Below are positions 58,619 to 64,000 of a stretch of DNA of 64,000 nucleotides, one piece after another. A program made the position numbers and the translations under genes. Position 1 is the first letter of the stretch. Each line of letters opens with the position of its first letter. Source of the stretch: Chthoniobacteraceae bacterium (lineage in GTDB: Bacteria; Verrucomicrobiota; Verrucomicrobiia; Chthoniobacterales; Chthoniobacteraceae); contig JANNXQ010000195.1 of NCBI GenBank assembly GCA_031409655.1, positions 57,251 through 121,250 on the forward strand. The letters are read 5' to 3'. The notes below the pieces were generated by a model. That model did not search any database and had not been told where the DNA came from. It saw nothing but the letters and a program-made list of their open reading frames with translations.

Positions 58619-60442
58619 TTACGCCTTGCGGCCAAACTTTTTCTCCAGCTCGCCGTAGGATACCTGGATCATCGTCGGGCGGCCGTGCGGGCAGCAGTAG
58701 GGCAGTTCGCAGGCGAGGAGATCCTGGATCAGTCGCACGAGTTCCGGTTCGCGCAGGACGTCGTTTGCTTTCACGGCGTGGCGGCAGACGGTCTTGGCGA
58801 TCATGTCTTCGCCGAGGCGCAGACGGGTATTCTGCGCGGAGATGTCGCGGAGTTCGTCGATGATATCGCGCACGAGTTGCGCGGGATCGTCGCCGCGGAG
58901 GAAGGTGGGGAGCGTGTCGATCTTGAAGGTGCCGCTGCCAAAAGGTTCGAGCACGATCCCGGCGCGATTGAGCACCTCGGTGTGCCGTTCGATCCAATCC
59001 GCATCGCGCGGCGTGACTTGCAAGGCCAGCGGCACGAGCAGTCGCTGCGCCGGCACCCCGGCCTGCTCCATACGCTTGCGCATCTCTTCAAAAAGAATGC
59101 GTTCATGCGCCGCATGCTGATCGACGAGCACGAGCCCATTCGTATTCTCCATGAGCACGTAGAGCTTGCCGAGCACCCCGAGGATTTTGAAATCGCGAGA
59201 GGGGGGCGAGTTGAGAGTTGAGGGTTGAGCGTTGAGAGCCGCCAGGCTTGCCGCCGGTTCGGTGGTGACGGTTGTCGCAGGTTCGTTTGGAGTTTGGAGT
59301 TTGGAGTTTGGAGTTTGAAGTTCTCCCCGCTCCTGCGCCGGCTGCGCCATCCAGTCCTTCCGCAGCGCGAGCTGCTCACTCTGCGGGATCAGCGTCGGCG
59401 TCTCTTCCGGCACCACCAGCACCGCGCGAAAGTTCTGCGCCCACGCCCCGCGATCACTCTCGATCGCCCGCCGCACCGCTTCAGCCACTGCCTCCCGCAC
59501 CCAGCTCGCGTCGCGGAAGCGCACCTCGCGTTTCGCCGGATGCACATTCACATCCACGGTTGCGGGATCCATCTCGATGAAAAGGAACGTCACCGGATGC
59601 TGCCCTTTCATGAGCGCCGTGTGGTAGCCCTCGCGCAGCGCGTGACTGAGCGTGGGATTTTCCACCGCGCGTCCATTGACGAAGACGATCTGCTGCTGTC
59701 GCGTCGAACGGCTCACGCCCGCGCGCCCAATGCAGCCCCGGATGGCGATGCCTTCTGCGACGAATTCCGGCACCTCGAGCAACTCTGCCGACAGCGCCGC
59801 GCCGCAGAGATCACGAATGCGTTCGCGGAGCGTCTGTCCCGAGGGCAGCTGATAGACCACCCGCTCATCATTCACAAAAACAAAGCCGACCTGCGGATGG
59901 CCGATCGCCTGGAGATGCAGGTGATGTTCGACGTGGCTGGACTCGGTGTTTTCCGTGCGGAGAAATTTTTGCCGCGCGGGCAGATTGTAGAAAAGCTGAC
60001 GCACTTCGATCTGCGTGCCCGGCGCATCGCCGCCGTCGCGGACGGTCTCGATCTTGCCGCCATTCACGATCACCTCGGTGCCGACGAGGGCGTCGCGTTC
60101 GCGAGTCGAGAGGCGGAAGCGCGAGACGCTGGCGATGCTCGGGAGCGCCTCGCCGCGAAAGCCCAGGGTGTGAATGGAGGCGAGGTCGTGCCCTGAGCGG
60201 ATCTTGCTGGTGGCGTGACGCTCGAGGCAGAGCAGCGCGTCGTCGCGATCCATGCCGCTGCCATCATCCACCACCCGGATCGAGCTGCTCCCACCGCGCC
60301 GGATGGCCACCTCGATCCGCGTCGCGCCGGCATCGAGCGCATTCTCGACGAGCTCTTTGACCACCGAGGCCGGCCGCTCCACGACCTCGCCCGCCGCCAC
60401 CTGGCTGGCGACGTCTTCGGCGAGGAGATGGATGCGGGACAT
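58619..60442 (-). CDS. mutL: DNA mismatch repair protein MutL
   Basis: 'AAGEVVERPASVVKELVENALDAG', 'GFRGEAL', 'DVNVHPAK', endonuclease DQHAAHERILFE, 'CPHGRP'. Confidence 0.98.
   Translation of the reverse strand: MSRIHLLAEDVASQVAAGEVVERPASVVKELVENALDAGATRIEVAIRRGGSSSIRVVDDGSGMDRDDALLCLERHATSKIRSGHDLASIHTLGFRGEALPSIASVSRFRLSTRERDALVGTEVIVNGGKIETVRDGGDAPGTQIEVRQLFYNLPARQKFLRTENTESSHVEHHLHLQAIGHPQVGFVFVNDERVVYQLPSGQTLRERIRDLCGAALSAELLEVPEFVAEGIAIRGCIGRAGVSRSTRQQQIVFVNGRAVENPTLSHALREGYHTALMKGQHPVTFLFIEMDPATVDVNVHPAKREVRFRDASWVREAVAEAVRRAIESDRGAWAQNFRAVLVVPEETPTLIPQSEQLALRKDWMAQPAQERGELQTPNSKLQTPNEPATTVTTEPAASLAALNAQPSTLNSPPSRDFKILGVLGKLYVLMENTNGLVLVDQHAAHERILFEEMRKRMEQAGVPAQRLLVPLALQVTPRDADWIERHTEVLNRAGIVLEPFGSGTFKIDTLPTFLRGDDPAQLVRDIIDELRDISAQNTRLRLGEDMIAKTVCRHAVKANDVLREPELVRLIQDLLACELPYCCPHGRPTMIQVSYGELEKKFGRKA
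59208..59322. repeat. Two heptamer tandem arrays in the MutL linker: (GTTGAGN)x4 and (GTTTGGA)x4-5
   Basis: Translate as ALNAQPSTLNS and ELQTPNSKLQTPN. Confidence 0.85.
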
Positions 60443-60455
60443 GGGCGGGGCTGAA

Positions 60456-60570
60456 GAATTGCAGATTGAAGATTGAAAATTGAAGATTGGAAATTTTCTG
60501 AGCGTCCTCCGGAACGCAATCGGCGGCGAGCCTGCAAATTTTCAATTTTCAATTTTCAATCCCCAATCTC
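60456..60570. repeat. Heptamer inverted tandem repeat (GATTGAA)n ... (TTCAATT)n
   Basis: Read directly in the divergent mutL/erpA gap. Confidence 0.9.
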
Positions 60571-60613
60571 TCCCCCTCGACACCTTCTCTGCTGTCATCT
60601 ACTTTTCTTCCGA

Positions 60614-60961
60614 ATGATTACCATCACCGACAGCGCCGTCCGCCAGCTCCATGTGATCGTCGAAGAGAAGGGCGAACCGGGAAAGGGCCTGCGCATCCTC
60701 GTGGAGCACGGCGGCTGTGCGGGGATGCAATACGGGATGGGACTCGATGAGCCGAAGGACGGAGACGAAATCGTCGAGCGCGAAGGCGTGCGCGTGCTGA
60801 TCGACCCGGAAAGCCTGCGCCATCTGGATGGCTCCACCATTGACTACTGCGACGACCTCGCCGGCGCGGGCTTTCGCATCCAGAACCCGAAGGCCGTGCG
60901 GAGCTGTGGGTGCGGCACGTCCTTTGAGACCTCGGACTCCACCGCAAGCGCCGCGCCCTAG
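60614..60961 (+). CDS. A-type Fe-S carrier (ErpA/IscA/HesB family)
   Basis: 'ITITDSA', 'GGCAGMQY', 'NPKAVRSCGCGTSF'. Confidence 0.95.
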   Translation: MITITDSAVRQLHVIVEEKGEPGKGLRILVEHGGCAGMQYGMGLDEPKDGDEIVEREGVRVLIDPESLRHLDGSTIDYCDDLAGAGFRIQNPKAVRSCGCGTSFETSDSTASAAP

Positions 60962-60993
60962 AGCCGCGGTCCAAATTTTGCATCGCGAACGGC

Positions 60994-62493
60994 ATGGCTG
61001 AAGATTTTTACGGATACGACGAAGAGCAATCCGCACCCAAGAAGAAGGACAACCTCTTCCTGTGGACGGTCTTCATTCTGGTGCTCATCGGCGTCGCGTT
61101 TGCCTGCTGGCTTGGCAGCTTCTACGTCTTCGGTCATCCTGAGCAGCCGCGCGCTTATCGACTCTTGCAGAAGATCAAGCCGCTCCCGCCGCCGATCCGC
61201 TTCGAGGTCACGGCGGCACCGGCCGGCGACTTTTTGAATGCGCAGAAACTCTTCGAGCGATTCAGCAAATTCACGCGCCTCGAACTCGAGCGCGAGAACG
61301 CCAACCTGCTCCGCGATTACATCAAAAATTACAAGGAGACCAAGAAGCTCGTGACCTACGCCACGGGCCGTTACAACATCATCGACACCTACGAACTGAC
61401 CGCGAAGGACTTCTTCACCACCGGCGTGGTCAGCCTCGCGCAGTCGGTGGATTATCCGCAGACGCTCATCGAGCACGTCTATACCGCGCCGGCGGAGAAT
61501 GTGCCCGCGCTGCGCCAGATGCTGCAGCGTGGGCTGGATATGAAAGTGGCGCGCACGGATGATTGCGCCTCGGTGATTCACGCCGCGCGCACCCCGGATG
61601 GGCGGATGAAATTCACGGTGCTCTCGATCCTCTACGGCACCTACGGCGTGAAGCAGGGGACGGGCATGTTCAGCCTCGAACCGCCGACCGAATTGCACAT
61701 GGAGGCCGGGTTGCCGATCATCCAGGGACCGGCCTTGCAGGATGCGATGAAATCCTACGCGGAATACCGGCGGAAGAATCCGATCGCGGGCACGGACATC
61801 GCGGGGAATAGCACCGCGCCGCCGCCGTCCGGGAACGAAATCGTCCGGGTGCCCACGTCCGAGCCGGGAACCGCCGTGCCAGAGCGCGGCATGCCTTCCG
61901 CCACGCCGTTGCCGGTGCCGCCGCGCGCCGTCGCCGTCGCGCGGCCAGTGGCGACACCGGCGCCGCTCGCGATGCTGGCCACGCCAAAGCCAGTCGCGCC
62001 CGTCCCGGTGGCGACGCCCATGCCGGCCGCCACCGCCAGCACCTCGCGGGTGTCGCCCGGTGGCGTGCCGCTGCAGCCTTTCAATCCCCCCGGGGCCGAA
62101 GTCGTCGCGCGCCCGGATCCTTCCAAAGTGCCGAGCGCGGGCGCGACCTGGCGCACCTATCCCGTCGGCCAGGCGCCGCCGGCGCGGATCATGTCGCCCG
62201 AGGATGCGGGATCGCTCGCCGGTCGCGGAATGATCAACGAACCGCTCTACCTGCGCGGAAGCTTCCGCGTCACCGCCACGGGCTCGAATCGCGCGGTGCT
62301 CCGGGATTCCTCGGTCACGGACGAGCAGTCACCGCGCATCGTGGCCGAGTACCCCGCGGGCTTCGTCGCGCCCAAGGAGAAGGAAGTCTTCGTCCGCGAT
62401 GGCGCGCGCCCTTTCCTGATCTACGACGTGCGGCGCGGGGCCGACAACGTGATCACGATCTACGTGCGCGAGATCACCCAGCAGACGCCGTAG
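60994..62493 (+). CDS. Hypothetical membrane-anchored protein with Pro/Ala/Thr-rich linker
   Basis: TM 'LFLWTVFILVLIGVAFACW'; ATP(L/A/K/M)P-type repeats. Confidence 0.8.
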   Translation: MAEDFYGYDEEQSAPKKKDNLFLWTVFILVLIGVAFACWLGSFYVFGHPEQPRAYRLLQKIKPLPPPIRFEVTAAPAGDFLNAQKLFERFSKFTRLELERENANLLRDYIKNYKETKKLVTYATGRYNIIDTYELTAKDFFTTGVVSLAQSVDYPQTLIEHVYTAPAENVPALRQMLQRGLDMKVARTDDCASVIHAARTPDGRMKFTVLSILYGTYGVKQGTGMFSLEPPTELHMEAGLPIIQGPALQDAMKSYAEYRRKNPIAGTDIAGNSTAPPPSGNEIVRVPTSEPGTAVPERGMPSATPLPVPPRAVAVARPVATPAPLAMLATPKPVAPVPVATPMPAATASTSRVSPGGVPLQPFNPPGAEVVARPDPSKVPSAGATWRTYPVGQAPPARIMSPEDAGSLAGRGMINEPLYLRGSFRVTATGSNRAVLRDSSVTDEQSPRIVAEYPAGFVAPKEKEVFVRDGARPFLIYDVRRGADNVITIYVREITQQTP

Positions 62494-62508
62494 AGCGCGC
62501 GGCGCGGC

Positions 62509-62976
62509 TCAGTGCCAATGCTGGAGTTCGACGATGTTGCCTTCAGGATCAGCCATGTAGTTGAGCGTGAGCCGGCCCGCTCCCTGGATGTCGAGGGTCA
62601 CGACCTTGCCGACATCGCGCCCGCCGCGCGCGAGGATTTCCGCGCGCTTGGCCTCCACGTCTTCCACTTCAAAGGCGAGATGCGCGAAGCCCGGGCGGTT
62701 CAGCGCAGTGGGCAGGGACGGCTCATTGGTCTCGTATTGAAAGATCTCCAGCGTCGGCCCGTTTTCGCCGTGCCCAGGCAGGCGGACGTGCTGGCCGCGG
62801 ATCCGCGCGCCCGGCAGCGCGGTGAGTTCGTCGATGTGCGGGCCGTGATGATCGCGCTCGCTGCTCACCGGTACGCAGCCAAAGACCTCGACGTAAAAGG
62901 CAAGCAGCGCGCGCCAGTCGTTTGCGATGAGATTGGTGTGAGCGTAGCGGAGGTGGGTGGTTTTCGGAGTTTCCAT
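62509..62976 (-). CDS. VOC/glyoxalase family protein
   Basis: 'HTNLIA..FY.EVFG', 'LEIFQY', 'GFAHLAFEVEDV', 'DPEGNIVEL'. Confidence 0.92.
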   Translation of the reverse strand: METPKTTHLRYAHTNLIANDWRALLAFYVEVFGCVPVSSERDHHGPHIDELTALPGARIRGQHVRLPGHGENGPTLEIFQYETNEPSLPTALNRPGFAHLAFEVEDVEAKRAEILARGGRDVGKVVTLDIQGAGRLTLNYMADPEGNIVELQHWH

Positions 62977-63076
62977 GTGATGAAAATGCGGAGGTGCTGA
63001 TGTGTCTTAGCAATCTTCCAATTTTGAAAGGTTTGCGTCCGCGGACGGATCGGATATTCCTCGGGTCGTCACGGAG

Positions 63077-64000
63077 ATGAAACTATCTGTCCTCTCAGTC
63101 GCGTTAATTTCACTCGGCTTCGCGCCGGCGCAGGCGGTGCAGCTTTCCAAGGATGATGTGACGCAGATCATCGCGCAGGCTGTGACGGAGGCGACGCGGA
63201 TCAATCCGCAGGCAATCATCGCCGTCACGGATCGCGAGGGGTTTGTCCTCGGCGTGTGGGATCTGCAGAGTCGCCTGCCAAATCCGCTGCCGGCAAATCC
63301 ACTAGAGCCGCCTTCCAGCACGCGAATCCTCGGCCTGCTCGGGGGCGCGATCACGCGCGCCGGCACGGCGGCATTTCTCAGCAGCAATGAGCAAGCTTTC
63401 ACGTCCCGCACGGCGGGTTACATCATCCAGCAACATTTCCCCGTGGGGGTGCGCAACACTCCGCCGGGGCCGCTCGTCGGGGTGGGCCTTTCGAGCCTCT
63501 TTTTTTCGGACATCAATCGGCTGAAGCGCATCCCTGCAGGGTTCGATTCCTTCGATCTCCACGATCCGGCGGCGCCGCTCAGCGACAAGCGCATCTCCAC
63601 TGGCGTGCGCGGGGAACCTGCGCCTTTCGGTTCGCTGAATGACTCCCCAGGCGGCGTGCCGCTCTACAAAGAGGGACAGCTCGTCGGTGGCATCGGCGTG
63701 ACGGGCGATGGCGCGCCGACGGACCTGGCCCCGGCGGCGGCGTTTTTTTTGCGGGAGACGCAGCGCACTGTTTCCTCGGGTTTCGTGGCAACGACGAAAC
63801 GCGATGCGGATGAAGAGGTGGCGCTGGCCGGGCAGACGGGCTTTCGCCCTTCGCGGGACATCATCGCGAGTAACGTGCTCATCGCTGGCATCCGCATCCC
63901 TTACGTGCAGCCGCACATCGACGATGTGCATGATGTCCACGATGTCCCGCCGCTCGGGAACCTGCCCGGCCGGACGGTGGCCGGATTCCCGATCCAAGCA
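63077..64000 (+). CDS. Secreted GlcG/HbpS-like heme-binding protein (partial, runs off window)
   Basis: Hand-translated: MKLSVLSVALISLGFAPAQA, 'IAVTDREG', 'AITRAGTAAFLSS', 'PGGVPLYKEGQLVGGIGVTGDG'; GGAG RBS. Confidence 0.75.
   Translation, partial: MKLSVLSVALISLGFAPAQAVQLSKDDVTQIIAQAVTEATRINPQAIIAVTDREGFVLGVWDLQSRLPNPLPANPLEPPSSTRILGLLGGAITRAGTAAFLSSNEQAFTSRTAGYIIQQHFPVGVRNTPPGPLVGVGLSSLFFSDINRLKRIPAGFDSFDLHDPAAPLSDKRISTGVRGEPAPFGSLNDSPGGVPLYKEGQLVGGIGVTGDGAPTDLAPAAAFFLRETQRTVSSGFVATTKRDADEEVALAGQTGFRPSRDIIASNVLIAGIRIPYVQPHIDDVHDVHDVPPLGNLPGRTVAGFPIQA

Overview
GC-rich bacterial chromosome segment. Gene content and protein styles suggest Verrucomicrobia (Chthoniobacterales-like; inferred, not searched). 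It contains: (1) a 12-gene type II secretion-like operon (4.7-17.9 kb) whose secretin is split into two separately exported proteins; (2) next to it, a compact type VII-like module of three small helical WXG100/WxD-type genes plus a membrane FtsK/SpoIIIE ATPase, with none of the usual T7SS membrane partners; (3) a metallo-beta-lactamase nuclease::ATP-dependent DNA ligase fusion; (4) three large surface proteins, two sharing a C-terminal 'NLLEYAF...FLRxK' domain and two interrupted by a single in-frame TAG; (5) a minor-pilin cassette behind a sigma54-type promoter; (6) housekeeping genes (hemA, hemC, trpC, rarA, dprA, leuB, sdhCAB, aspS, hpnH, mutL, erpA-like). Short-period (6/7/9-bp) tandem/inverted repeats and a REPIN-like palindrome are scattered throughout, several translated in-frame in prepilin leaders and protein linkers. 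No rRNA, tRNA, CRISPR array or transposase was recognised.
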